A stretch of 63,986 nucleotides of DNA, counting the filler, from Phoronis australis (taxonomy: Eukaryota; Animalia; Phoronida): the NCBI GenBank assembly GCA_002633005.1. It is 5 parts of 5 records of this genome, joined end to end, with 100 filler letters (N's around TTAATTAATTAA, not from the genome) between each part and the next. Parts side by side here need not be neighbours in the genome. Positions count along the whole stretch, not along the records: positions 24,665 to 37,111 come from NMRA01001638.1; positions 37,212 to 55,297 come from NMRA01001474.1; 3 more parts are not named here. One strand, written 5' to 3'. Below the pieces are notes generated by a model. The model was not told the DNA's origin, ran no database searches, and saw nothing but the letters and a program-made list of their open reading frames with translations. The translations under genes were made by a program, and so were the position numbers. How positions within the stretch are numbered: position 1 is the stretch's first letter; each line of letters starts with the position of its first letter. Below, piece after piece: positions 35,952 to 48,142 of the stretch.

Positions 35952-38900
35952 TTAAGTGTTCAAAACATGAAATCTTATGTTACCGTTTTCTAAATAGTCG
36001 TTTTGTTTTCGTTTTGTACAACTTAATTATTTTCATCAAAATCATACAAGTCCTACTTTTCATAGACTCTCATGCATAAGTGGAACGTTTCAATACAATA
36101 ACTAGTAACGATTTGAAGAACGGTATATAAAGCATAATATCTAAAAAATTCACGCGAATCCGATCAGCCACTCCTGAGGTACGATGTTCCAAATTTGTCC
36201 AAATTTGACATTTTTTTGTGGGATACAGCATAACTTTAAACCCAGTAATTAATTGGTGATACAACAACTCATAATTAACACAAGTGATACCTCGTGTCAA
36301 TTTAGGGACTCACATTGATAACGTGTAACGAAGCCCCCGCCATCTATAGGAGCAAATCATGACTATCCACTTCTAATACCAAGTCACTGAGTCAAAACAG
36401 TACAGTGGCACCAATGCATCTTTTAAGGTGTCCGAGGTCCTCATTCGCACAATACAACACTGGAGACAAGAACTATACGTATTTTAAAGCAGTGTTTTGA
36501 TCATCTTACAAATGCAGATGTTGCATGGGGTTACATGGCATTCTCAATGATTTGTTTTTAAGTATTCTTCAAAAATAACACAAGCCAGTTACATCTAGCT
36601 ATTAACAAGTTAATGTTAAGTTAATTTCTAGAAAGCCATGCCATCTCCCAGTTGTGAATGTCCGTCATTCTCAAATTTCTGACGTGAGATAATTCAATAC
36701 TACGTCGTATTCTGTGGTGTGGAATTTCGACAACATTAAAAGGAGCCACTGCGACACGTGTTCTCTTGGGGCACTCCCCAGAAGCCCAAAACTGCGTCTT
36801 CCTGGCTAATTCATCCTCAACTTTACCAGTATGAACATCTGGAGAAACGTGGATAGTTACTTTACTCACTTGCTTGTTGAACACCAGCAAAACCTGAAAC
36901 ACATGTACAAAGAATTTGATTTCCAAGATACCGCCGTTACAGGCAACACACCCATGGGCAGTAGTTTGCAAAACTATAGTAAAAACATTACCAGCACACT
37001 CAATGCAGAGAAAATCATTGATATAGGGCCAATCTCATGAAATTTGGTTACTAAAGGATGAGATCGGATAATTACAATCATTGCTAACGAACTTGCACAA
37101 TCGGTGTTCATNNNNNNNNNNNNNNNNNNNNNNNNNNNNNNNNNNNNNNNNNNNNTTAATTAATTAANNNNNNNNNNNNNNNNNNNNNNNNNNNNNNNNN
37201 NNNNNNNNNNNCAGTGCCCCGTCGCCACCCCCGAGAAGTGCGTTTTTGAACCGACATTCTGACCCGTTGCATACTTACTTGATTTCTGAAAAATCGATAC
37301 TACCATCAACTCAAAAATATGACACAAACTGTTTTACTATTTTTAAGCAATTTCATGTTGAGAAAAAACGCAATGATTTGGTATCTACTGTTAACAAAAA
37401 TTGTCGCTGTGGCAAAGGTAAAAATTGTGTATTCGATGGAAAAGGATCGACAGACTTTTATCGGCAAATTCATTTTACAACAGACAATTAACCCGTCTGT
37501 AAACAAGGTTGTTAAACCATGGAATACAACTTTGCCCAAATATTGCAAATTTAATTTAATATAGCACCTGCGGTAGCTGCAAGTAAAATGCAGTACCAGT
37601 TCCAAATCAAAACAGAAAAAGTCATTTAATGAAAGAAGCCGGCAGTACCCGGTATATGCAAAAATGTCAACATTTTCCACATTCATGCCTTTGTCTCGAC
37701 GATATCCGATTAGTCGCTGAGTATGTCAACAGTTAAACAAATGACCTAGTTTGAATACCATTGGTTGATTTAGAAATGAGACCGACCATCGAGATCTTAA
37801 TCTGGCGGAAGCGGAAATAGAGTTATAAATTTCAATTTTGAAGGTTGTGCTGAGCACATGATATTAAGACCTTTTTATTGACAAATTTCTTTAATTGTTG
37901 GCTGCTAATTATTGTGCAGGAAACGTGAACAGAACAGATGATGACTATTTTGATAATCCAGTCATGTTTTAAGCTATCGTGTACGTTGCACATTTCACAC
38001 TTTAAAAACCGCCGTTTGCGAAAAATCATGTGAGTAGTGACTGGTTTATACCGGGGTCTCGGGTTTTAATAACCAGTTTGATGCCTGTTGTTCAGTGGAT
38101 AATACCGGTTCCCAAGCTGCAAGACCCCTATAAATGACTAATCATCAATTGGTCAGAGTTGCTGTGGCTGACGTAACACATTTGTCGGAGATTTTCCGCT
38201 CAGCCACAAACTGTTTCTCAAGACGTATCGAGATTCTGAATATAAAAAGTCCGATTTGAGCTATGCCTGGATGAAGAAGTTGTCGTAGAAACTTGTGGAA
38301 AAGATGTTTTGCTGAGCACGTGATATTAAGACCTTTTCATGACCGTAGTCATAATCATATAATGACATTTTGTACATCCAACTCTATCAAACAACCAATG
38401 CTGTTTTGTTTGAGATACTAGTTGGGGCACCACTTCAAGTACAGCGATTTGTCCAGACGTCAGTGTTGAAAGCCGCCTATAGTGGAGGTCGCATTCTTGA
38501 AGACCGCCATCTTAGGAATAGGATGACAACAGTCTGGTCAGGTGGGGCCACTACTGGGAAGAGTTCAGTAACACTAGGACATTGCTAGAAAAGCAAGACT
38601 AGGGGTGCACGTGATCACTAATGCATTCAGCAGCAGCCCCACTAAACCTGAGACAGAGAAAGAGTGTTGTGAAAACTAGCTTTACTCGCTAATTCCTTGT
38701 GTTTCGGAACGCATCCTTAACGACTGGGAAGGAGTGAATATTGTGTCGACCGCGGGAGGGAGAAATTGATGTAGACTGGGAATATACACGTATACTCAGT
38801 TTCTATGCCCCTCTACTCCTCCTCGCCTCTCCCACCTTCGGCGCAAGCATCATTCACGCGAATAAAACTAGTGCGATCACATCCTTCGCGTTTAAAACTT

Positions 38901-39078
38901 GTCTTCAGCGGTAACACCTGTAAATTTGGTTCTTGTAGTATGTTAAGAGCATCGCTCTGAATACTACTGCCATAAATTGCCAAATGTAACGAACTGCTTT
39001 TGTCTACGTCACCGGGAGAATCAGCTTTTAATTAAAGCCGCTGCGAATTACACCAGCACGCAATGGTGTTCTATTCAG

Positions 39079-39245
39079 ACCTCTATTCAATACAACAGTT
39101 ATCGGCATTTTATTGTTTGTGCTGGGATCTTGCGGTGACACAAATAGCGCCTAAAAGGCAACATCACCTTTCATTTGACGGGCTTACATTTACGTGATTG
39201 AACTCGCGTTTTCTTATTTTACTTCGTCTTTGCTAGGACTATCTG
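39079..39245 (+). CDS. Candidate hydrophobic-leader exon (39079-39134) and 9-nt microexon (39237-39245) of the C-type lectin gene
   Basis: Splices in phase to 42339, giving PLFNTTVIGILLFVLGSC-GLS-VISTSCP. The microexon has a pyrimidine tract, AG and GTAAG. The first donor (GTGACA) is weak and no in-frame ATG was found. Confidence 0.4.
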
Positions 39246-41478
39246 GTAAGCTCGTTGTTGTAGGTATTCAATTTAAAGGATTAACTTCTCATGTTAAAAC
39301 ATCCATGTCAATGATTCAATTTTAAGTGGGAATACGCTTTCCCATATTAATTTTCAGGTCAAAATATGTTTGTCTTTCCAAATGATTCATTCACCTACGT
39401 ACTAATTGTTCATGTTTGCAGTCTCACCCACAATGTACCTTCTTGAAATGCTCGCCATGATACCACGTTGTTGGTGTACAGTAAACACCATAGAGTGCTT
39501 TTGCAAGATCCCTGTAAAGGAAAATATGTTTTAACTTGATAAGTGATTAGTCGTGTCACGGTCAATTTGACTTTAGTCGACCAACCTTGCCGACATGTGC
39601 ATGAACTCAGAGATAAATGATATATCAAAACAAATCCGCGACATTGACTAATGGTAACACGAATTCATGGCCAAGAACTGAACGCTATTTTCTCCACTTT
39701 AGAATTTTGAATTATATTGTCGACTTTTGACAGAGTGAAGCCCAAACAAAGGTGTTGCTATCATTGTTTTTCCGTGGCTGTTTACAGCAGAAGTTGAGGT
39801 ATCTAAAATGACGCCGTGCCGAACGATTCAGTTAATCTGGATGTTTACTCTGCCAATAACACGACGCGACTTGGACCCACAAATGCATCTCATTCGATGC
39901 AAAGCTCGCCCATTTCCGTTTGACGTTATCGTGTACATCACTACATACATGTATGTACAAAGGAGTGCGGAAAATGACGGGTTGTATCCATAATACTGTA
40001 AAATGACGGATTGTATGCACAATACTGTAAAATGAACGGACACAAGTAAGAATAGTAACATACAGTCTACAGTCGTATTTCATTCGAAATATCTGCAAGT
40101 CTACTCTTGGACGTTACTTCCGTTTGACATCTTCATGGAGGCAATTTGGTACTAGAATTTTGTACAGTTATGGGTTTATCTTAATCGGTGTGCACCCATT
40201 TTACTGATATGTGTATGCTCCTGGGGAGTTTAGAAGGATTAAGGTTGACCAAGGCTTAGTAAATAAATTTCAAAGTGCTTAGTAATTTATTGTTCTGCTT
40301 TAAAAATCTGACCCACTTGTTTATAATTTTGGCGTTATATCTTTATTTGACTGGGTTCAAAAGGTCGAAATAGTGTCATACTAAACAAGCAAATACTATC
40401 GTCTTTCATTTAAATGCCCATATACTCAGAAATCTTGGGTTTCCGCGACACATTGGAGCGTCTTCTTGAAGAATTGGTTGAGATCCCTGCCCCTTTTTCA
40501 GTTGTTACATGGAAACCAGCAAAACGTCGAAGCATTCAACAATAATTAAGATAAGCTTTCACTATCGCAAGGTGTGCTCACGAAATTCGTAGAAATTGTA
40601 TATTTGACAATTGATTATCTGCATGGGTACATTTACTACCGGACATAACCTCGTTGATACGATTGAGTCAGTCTGTTTGAACCAACGTCTCCCATGTTAT
40701 TCTTGCACTTCAGGCGATATTCTGTAACTTTGTTTCGTGTCAAAATCAACATTGCGCTCGACTGTTTCGTAGAAGCCAATATTTGTATTGTAACGAACTC
40801 TCAGCTTTCATCGATTGTCTGGAATATTGTGACAAACTGATTATCTTCTGATGAATATTATTTATAAAGCACTCACTTTAAACAACATAGTCAGTGTGAT
40901 TTTCCCACTGGATATTGAATGAATGCAAACCGATCGTTTCAAAAACGTTAAGACCCATTACTGAGTCGATAAATTCTTGGCGAACAAATATCGTGCAATT
41001 GGTAGTCGCTTTGCAGATGCAAAATATAAATACAAGTACCTTCGATAGATTGTCAATAACACAGAAGCATCTTCATGGACAGGATATTGGCATCGACGCA
41101 TCTTGTTTTTGCGACATTATTGTCGTATGTCATCATCCACAATATAGGTATGACTATTCGATTTTTGACATGTTGGAATTTAATGTTTCCTAGGATTTGT
41201 TTATACCATAACGTGTATTCATGCATTGTGAGACCCAAGTACAATGTAATGTGCCCCCAATCACTTTTGAGAACAAAAGACGGGGTAGAAACGATTATAT
41301 GGCCTCGACTGAGAATTGCACATACAACAATCCCCAGCAAACATCGCGACCGCGCAGCATTTTCCATCATCGCTTCCCTATACTGCGAACAAACGCCGAA
41401 AATTCTCCCTGGTATGGATTGAGTTTAGAGTGGCTGCCGTAGAATCGTTTTCACCCCTCATAAAAGCTTGTGCATTTA

Positions 41479-41978
41479 TTGCGCCTAGGCACCAGTACCC
41501 ATGGTCCTTGGTAACACTTGTACAATTGTTGCGCCTAGGCACCAGTACCCATGGTCCTAGGTAACACTTGTACATTTGTTGCGCCTAGGCACCAGTACCC
41601 GTGGTCCTAGGTAACACTTGTACAATTGTTGCGCCTAGGCACCAGTACCCATGGTCCTCGGTAACACTTGTTGGCCTGCAACTGTTGCGCCTAGGCACCA
41701 GTAACCATGGTCTTAGGTAACACTTGTGCATTGTTGCGCCTGTGCACCAGTTCCCATGGTCCGAGATAACACTTGTGTATTTGTTGCGTCTAGGCAACAG
41801 TACCCATGGTCCTAGGTAACACGTGTAGGCCTACAATTGTCTTTGCACCTAGGCACCAGTACCCATGGTCTTAGGTAACTCTTGTGCATTTGTTGCGGTT
41901 AGGTACTAGTTCCCATGGTCCAAGGTAACATTTGTGCATTTGTTGCGCCTAGGCACCAGTTCCCATGGTCCTAGGTAA
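41479..41978. repeat. Minisatellite, 10 x ~50 bp, rich in 6-bp palindromes
   Basis: Unit TTGCGCCTAGGCACCAGTACCCATGGTCCTAGGTAACACTTGTACAATTG. Two units are lengthened by a 6-bp GGCCTA-like insert. Confidence 0.95.
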
Positions 41979-42338
41979 TAGTTAAGGACCTCCCGAAGCT
42001 ATTTCACTGCACCATGCCGCAAGAAGAACTTACTAATTGTCTGACCCATTATTGTGCACCCTTTTCTCCATTGTACATTCGTGCTCAGGGTCAAGTTCTA
42101 TATGGCAATTCCAGAAAAAAAGTTATAATTTATCATTAATAACCGTTACTAGCTGTCTAGCGTTAGCTCTGTGAAACTACTGCAGTTGAATAACAGGTCA
42201 ATGTTTCATGACTGATTAGCATATTGTTGTAAGTAACGTTGTACTATTGGGAACGTTGCATCTAGAATTCGTGAAATTCTGGAAATTTTATAGACCATCG
42301 AATTAAGCTTCACTTTTCTCACAAAGAATTTTTTATAG

Positions 42339-42522
42339 TCATTTCCACGTCATGTCCATCTCCTGCATGGACGGCGTCTCCTTTTGGCGTATGTTATTAC
42401 CACGACACAAAGAAAAGAACTTGGTTGGCCGCCGTTAATAACTGCGTCACTATCGGAGGTTATCTTGCACATATCCACAACGCCTCAGCACAAGCTTTCC
42501 TGGAGTCGTTAGTTCCTTCTCG
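42339..42522 (+). CDS. C-type lectin domain, N-terminal exon
   Basis: tttatag| ISTSCPSPAWTASPFGVCYYHDTKKRTWLAAVNNCVTIGGYLAHIHNASAQAFLESLVPS R|gtaagt; classic CP..W....CY....W..A...C...GG.LA.I pattern. Confidence 0.88.
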
Positions 42523-43698
42523 GTAAGTGGATGCAACAAAATGCTGAGTTGAATATAACACACACAATAGTTTACGTGGCAAGCTAAGCATTCAACTACA
42601 GGTACATGTTGACAGGAGCAACGGTTTCGTTGGAACCTCTCCTTTTGTGCGTCCAATCGTTCAAACTTTAATGAGTAGCTGCTGGTAGTACCACGATCTG
42701 TTGAAACTGCACAGTCTGTCGCAATCTTCAAATTTTAAAAGACGATAGTTTTAAACTCATAAGTATTTTCAATGCAGTACTTTCCTATCGCACGGCATCC
42801 CAATTAACAAACGACAATGCGACAGTTAATTACGTTAATCTTTACATTCTGTATACCAGTCTTGCAGTGTCATTGCGTAAGTTACTAAGTCAGTCCGCCA
42901 ACATGGGAGTTTTCATCAAACACGGCATCTCATTTCTCAACTGTCACAGTCGTTTTATCCGTCACAGTTAACCTTTCCACCATCGTCTCAGTTATATTGC
43001 TTGTGATTCCTAGAGAATTATATGATAGTTCATACTATAACCACTAGGTGTCTCTGTAGCTAACTTCCCACCATATTGTCTTTGTGACTACACATTGATA
43101 TTACATAGAGGTAGGAATTATCACCTTTTCCACGTGTATTCACTTTATATCCCGTTTATAGTACATTGTCATTACCCTTAAGCTATCCAATAAGCATTCT
43201 ATTTACTTGTACTTCTAGGTCTCCATCATTCTTTCAATAAAGGTTGAAACGAAATGACGAATCAATTATCTAATCTTCAATCTCTTGGCTCCCAAAGGGG
43301 GAAGCGCTATTGTCCGCCCAGGTCCGGTCATTCCGGTCGTTTACCATTTTCATTTTTCGGGGCAAGCCAAACGGCAGAGCATACTGTGAAGCCTTGTACA
43401 AAAAGTAACTGCACCTACATGTAACTGCGTTTTGATTGCGTTGCAGCAATTTGTGATTCTAAACTCTTCATAAACTGCTGTAATTTGAGATTTTACTTGT
43501 TTGGGCAGCCGCTCAAACCATTTGGCATAAAAAGGCAAATGTTTGTGGAGTTGAGGCAGTTTGTGATCTAGCAGTAGATGTGTGTATCTGAGTGCATCTT
43601 TAGTAAATGTAAATACATGAATACAAGGACGACACCTATTGTCTTTTTCCGGAAAGAGCAATGCAAAAACATGTAAAACGATAAAACTTACGTTACAG

Positions 43699-43921
43699 TT
43701 ATGGTTACTACTGGATAGGATTAACCGACGAGGGAGCAGAAGGGACGTGGAACACCGTCGATGGACAAACGGCCACCTTCTTCGCGTGGGCCGTAAGCCC
43801 TGCTCAGCCGAACGGCGGTACCAGCGAAAATTGTATGTCTCTTGACTCTTCTCGATTGCATGGGTGGTTTGACAGACCGTGCACGGAATCCTATACGTCT
43901 ATATGCCAGGATCTGTCACCG
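43699..43921 (+). CDS. C-type lectin domain, C-terminal exon
   Basis: ttacag| YGYYWIGLTDEGAEGTWNTVDGQTATFFAWAVSPAQPNGGTSENCMSLDSSRLHGWFDRPCTESYTSICQDLSP |gtaagg. WIGL, QPN, ENC, WxD and IC are present; the phase-2 junction matches the previous exon. Confidence 0.92.
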
Positions 43922-44679
43922 GTAAGGTGCAGTCACACCGAGTTAGATTTGGGGAGACAAAAACGAATTTGAATCGGTATAATGTTGCACAATCTTGACA
44001 AAAGCACCGTCAAACTATAAGAAATACATTAAACGAACACAAATTAATCGAAAAACTATTCATCAGTTCAAAATTCTCGACGAATGTCTTTGCGAAAGGA
44101 TGGGCGGCACAAAACTGACACCACCTTACAGCGAAATTGAACTTCAGCTTACAGTATTCTAGCGACAAAAATTCCCCTCGTTTCCGTGTACGCGCTTAGT
44201 TAATTCGTTATGGTTTGGCGGACAGCGCCAATGAAAGTAAGGATTGGTGTGACCGGGGGGTTTTGTACGAGGCCACTTGTCTCTCTGAAACACATAGCTC
44301 GTTCAACTACAAGAAAATGTACCATGTTTTGGTCCAGACGACATAAATAGTAAGCTTGAAGCAAGGAAATGTTATCGGTATTTGAAATTTTTATTGCAGT
44401 GAAGTATAATTACTCGCGCGTCTTTCATATTAACACACATGCAGGCCTTCACTGTCATACATGCAGTAGCCTTACGGAGAAGTTAATTATTATGATCAAT
44501 CTTCTACACCGAAAGATGGTAGTCTCCGTATGATCGTAACAGTTATGTGCATTAAGATTTCTTGACTTTATGTAAAGGTGCGATTCTTTGCGTGAAATAT
44601 TGTTTTTATTACATCATCGTGGAGACTCTACTGGGTAAGTTGTCGGTTTTGTTTGTTCTCATAAAAAGAGAGGCGCGGA

Positions 44680-44890
44680 GATATGTATGTACACTGTATG
44701 TATCGTACGTGTATATGTCCGTCTGTCTGTCTCCACTTGTGTTTGTTAGTCTGTCTGTGTGTTTGTCTGTCTGTATGTTTGTATGTATGCATGTATGTAT
44801 GTATATATGTATGTATGTATGCGGGTATGTATGTATGTATATATCCATGTATGTATGTATGCATGTATATTTGTATTATGTATGTGGTCC
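44680..44890. repeat. Compound (TCTG)n/(TATG)n microsatellite in a lectin intron
   Basis: GTCTGTCTGT and GTATGTATGT runs. Confidence 0.9.
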
Positions 44891-44954
44891 TATGGGTCCG
44901 TTTGTTTATACACAATGTATTTACGTCTGTACTTACTACATTGTGTACTTGTAG

Positions 44955-44997
44955 GACACCTATGCTTACGATGATGAAGACGACGTTGACGATATGC
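44955..44997 (+). CDS. Short Asp-rich exon following the lectin domain
   Basis: cttgtag| DTYAYDDEDDVDDM +1 nt |gtaagc; the phase-0 start matches the preceding exon. Confidence 0.7.
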
Positions 44998-45568
44998 GTA
45001 AGCGTATATGTTTATTTTTCTGTCTTGGCAGCAAATAATTTACTTTGATACAAGTTAAGTTAAACTCGACGTTCTACTTGTTTCTCAATAATTGAGCGGC
45101 TACTGGCCGGATGTTTTCCTCGTCATCTCAACATCTCATGGATCTTCTCTGAGATGTTCATGAGAGATGAAGTAATGAGCAATTTTACTCTATATCTTCT
45201 CGTTATGTGGTTTGAATATGAAGCCTGTAATATTGATTGTGCTTTCCTCGTAGCATAAGATTGCATCACATTTTGCATTTACCTCAACTGTCGACTGACG
45301 CGAGATCAGGTTGCCCTTCGATCGCGTACCTACTGCGGCCACTGAAAACAAAGGAACGTCGTGTTTAACAAAACTTGATTGTATAAGTATGAACTTGTTT
45401 TTCTTTTGCTTGAATTTGTGTATGTTTTTGCTGACATAGGCCGAGTATGTAGTTTTTTAATTGCTTGTGTACTTGTTTGTACGTTTTTTGTTGCTTCTAG
45501 CTTCAATTCACATTCCTACGTTTACAACTAGTAGAATAAGTTTCATTACTCTGTCCGTCTCACTGCAG

Positions 45569-45658
45569 CACTGACCAAACCCACCCCGGCTAATGGGGGC
45601 ACTAATTGTACTGGAAATACTACGCAGACACTGGCATGAAATGTTCGTGAATGTCCTG
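45569..45658 (+). pseudogene. Truncated thrombospondin type-1 repeat exon with in-frame stop (may serve as terminal exon of the lectin gene)
   Basis: ctgcag| LTKPTPANGGTNCTGNTTQTLA*NVRECP |gtaggt matches the TSP1 C-terminal half (P.P.NGG..C.G...Q...CN...CP). TGA at 45637-45639 replaces the Cys. Phase 1-1. Confidence 0.68.
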
Positions 45659-45814
45659 GTAGGTTTTCAATGGACAGATGAGGAGTCTTTTTAAAAGTTG
45701 TTGTGTCTTCCAGTGACTAACGTACGTGTTTGTACCAGTGGTTATTATATCGAGATTTGTGACATGCAAAAGTATTCGAACGAAGGCTAACACAACCGTT
45801 TAGTTATTTAACAA

Positions 45815-45890
45815 TTTGGCGGGAAACCGAGACAGGTTTCGAACCCGGTCCGCAAGAGTTTCGGCCGTCGACTTCATCACTGCACCACTT
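45815..45890 (-). mobile_element. tRNA-derived SINE head (Pol III A/B boxes)
   Basis: Minus strand TGGTGCAGTGA ... GGTTCGAAACC; no complete cloverleaf. Confidence 0.5.
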
Positions 45891-46612
45891 AGCGGCTGAC
45901 GTCATCGAACGTGAAAACAGAATACTTAAATGAGCACCCGCAACAATCACATTTATACGCTATGAAATATGAGACGCATAATTTCAATAAAAACGACATC
46001 TTTAATTCAGTAAAATTTATCTGTCATTGCCTCTTACTTGTAAATCATCGATCTCCAGTTTGAATGCGCTTAAGATGTGGTCGGGATGCTTTGAAAGCTG
46101 GGCAGATAGTAGAAAAATCATGCATTTGATGATACAAGCACCAAAATTGGCATGGTGACTTTCTAAGGTATACTCAGCAGATTTACCCGACTAGCCACCT
46201 AAAAATCCAAAATGCCGGCCATTTTTCAAAGTGGCCGCCATGTGGTGCTTGCGGGTAAGTCTTTTCCTCATAAATCTGTCTATGCCCAACCGATTTTCAT
46301 GAACTTGTTGTCAAATTGTATGTTTTTGGATATGCTAAATTCATTTTTGATATTTTCAGAAGCATCTTAACACCATGTGGGCAACTACTAACAAAATAAA
46401 CAAAAAATTACAACATCAAAATGCATTTTATTAACGAGAAACGGAATTGTGCTCTCGCACATCAAATACAAAATAAATGAACGGAATCATAAATCACAAA
46501 CTTAGTCGAACATGAACATCACATTAATGCTAAAATAATAACACACAATAATATATTGTTCAGAATCTATTGTCTATTATTCATTCCTTTAGTGAATTCG
46601 TTCACAACGACG

Positions 46613-47660
46613 TTACTGGTTACATACACAGCTACACAGAGCGGTACAAGAAAGTCCTGCTCGGAAACATTTGCACCTCCGGGTGCAGCCTTTTTTATAG
46701 CAGCATTTTGTCAATTCCTGGCAGCATACAGCTATTGGTGGAAGGGTTGTCCAGTGTATTTTCCATGACTCTCCACCTTGAATCCAACCCCAGTCAGCAG
46801 GAGTGCTGGTTTGTGGGTTCGAGACAGTCGCTTGGCTCCAGATGATCCCACTTTGGTAGGCAGCACGTTTGACATGCTCGGTCAAGGCATCTCTAGTTGG
46901 TGGAATCGCATCATAAGTCCTCTGCTTGCAGGTAAAGAGATCCAACCTTGCCTCGTTGACACCACTAGCTGCACTACATTAGGACAACGAAGTTCTCCAA
47001 ATTCTGCAGGTCTTCGTCTGAAATTTCTCCCGGAGAGTAGCTGAGTTTCTTGAAGGTTTCAGTAACATCATCACACACATCCCATGTCAGCCATGCAGAT
47101 TTTTTTTCTTTGCCACGAAAACCTGAAACCACATCACAGCCTGTGAAAGCATGGAAGAAAAGGATACCGCTGACTTTCTCCGGCCCTATTGAAGAAACTA
47201 CCTCGTGAACAGGAATCCACCGAGCACTGGCTCCTTGTCCATAGGCTATCCACAAGTGTTCTAGCCCATGGTGTTGTAAAAATGGCATGGTCGACACTGT
47301 TATGACGACAACATCAGTGTCGTTTGCTTTGATGATAATGGACTTGCTACCTTGTGAGATCGCGTCCCTTGCATGTACAAACATTCTGGTGTCAGCTTCC
47401 TAATGGGAGCATGGGGCCATGGCATCCAGGGACCTCACTCTGTTGCTGATGGCATTATCCCCCTTTGTCATGATGATGGTGCTCGTTATTGTCTCAGTGT
47501 CACGCGTTTTCTCTGCGAGGAAATTAAATAGTTCAGTCTTATTGCTATCATCTCGCAGAAAGCTTCTCCAGTTTTGAGGCGTCTTGGTACTTCCTGTTAC
47601 TCTTCTCCTGATCCCAAGTCCTCTTTTGGTTCTGGTTTCAGACTTCAGGCTCATCTTGGA
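46613..47660 (-). pseudogene. Academ transposase C-terminus: XPG/FEN1-like nuclease and Cys8-type zinc finger; one nonsense codon and one frameshift
   Basis: SLKSETRTKRG..NWRSFLRDDSNKTELFNFLA..CSH*EADTRMFVH..ANDTDVVV..FFHAFTGCDVVSGFRGK..W../GVNEARLDLF..IPPTRDALTEHVKRAAYQ..W..WGW..CCYKKGCTRRCKCFRAGLSCTALCSC*. Confidence 0.88.
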
Positions 47661-47971
47661 CATTAAACTCATTAACCATTGGTAGCCTACTTTAGCAGAC
47701 GATACTTTCACGGTGGGAGCTCAGCATGATAAGATAGGTAGTAAGCTAGACTAGTTGCGTAAAATAAATTTACAGACTCATTTTAGTTCTATTTTGTTTC
47801 AATTTTTATTTGGTTTTAAGTAAAAACATCATTTAACAAGAAAAACTCGGCGTTTCCTGAAAGTTTATGACCTCCCACCTCAGGCCTCTGACATAGAAAG
47901 TAGTACAAAAGCCGAGGCGAGTCGAGAAAGCTAAATCGATTCATTGCAATGTTCATCATTCAGTATGTGGT

Positions 47972-48142
47972 ATAAATAGATTATTACATGTTCTCAGTCG
48001 TTATCTCCCCTTATCTAGAGCCCGAGTGGATTTTGTAGAATTATCGTACTCGTGGCTGACGCCCCTCGTGCGATAATTCTCCAAAGTCCATTCGGGCTCT
48101 AGATTACGGAAGATAACGACTTCGCCGTGTAATATTCTATAT
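47972..48142. mobile_element. 171-bp palindromic MITE with perfect 9-bp TSD GTATGTGGT
   Basis: ATAGATTATTACA..AGTCGTTATCT..TCTAGAGCCCGA.TGGA...AGAATTATCG mirrored by CGATAATTCT...TCCA.TCGGGCTCTAGA..AGATAACGACT..TGTAATATTCTAT. TSD at 47963-47971 and 48143-48151. Confidence 0.85.

Noticed and set aside
38129-38160. TATAAAT as the lectin promoter
   Set aside because: No convincing first exon or donor links it to the downstream exons.
41316-41797. Repetitive ORFs in the 50-bp array
   Set aside because: The unit length is not a multiple of 3; chance open frames.
44562-45048. Overlapping YVCM/HTYI-rich ORFs
   Set aside because: Microsatellite translations; only 44955-44997 has exon signals.
45637-45639. 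TGA at a Cys position as selenocysteine
   Set aside because: TSP1 cysteines are structural disulfides, the exon is also truncated, and no SECIS was recognised; a nonsense mutation is simpler.
45815-45890. tRNA gene (also 59238-59299)
   Set aside because: A/B boxes are present but I could not fold a full cloverleaf; treated as SINE heads.
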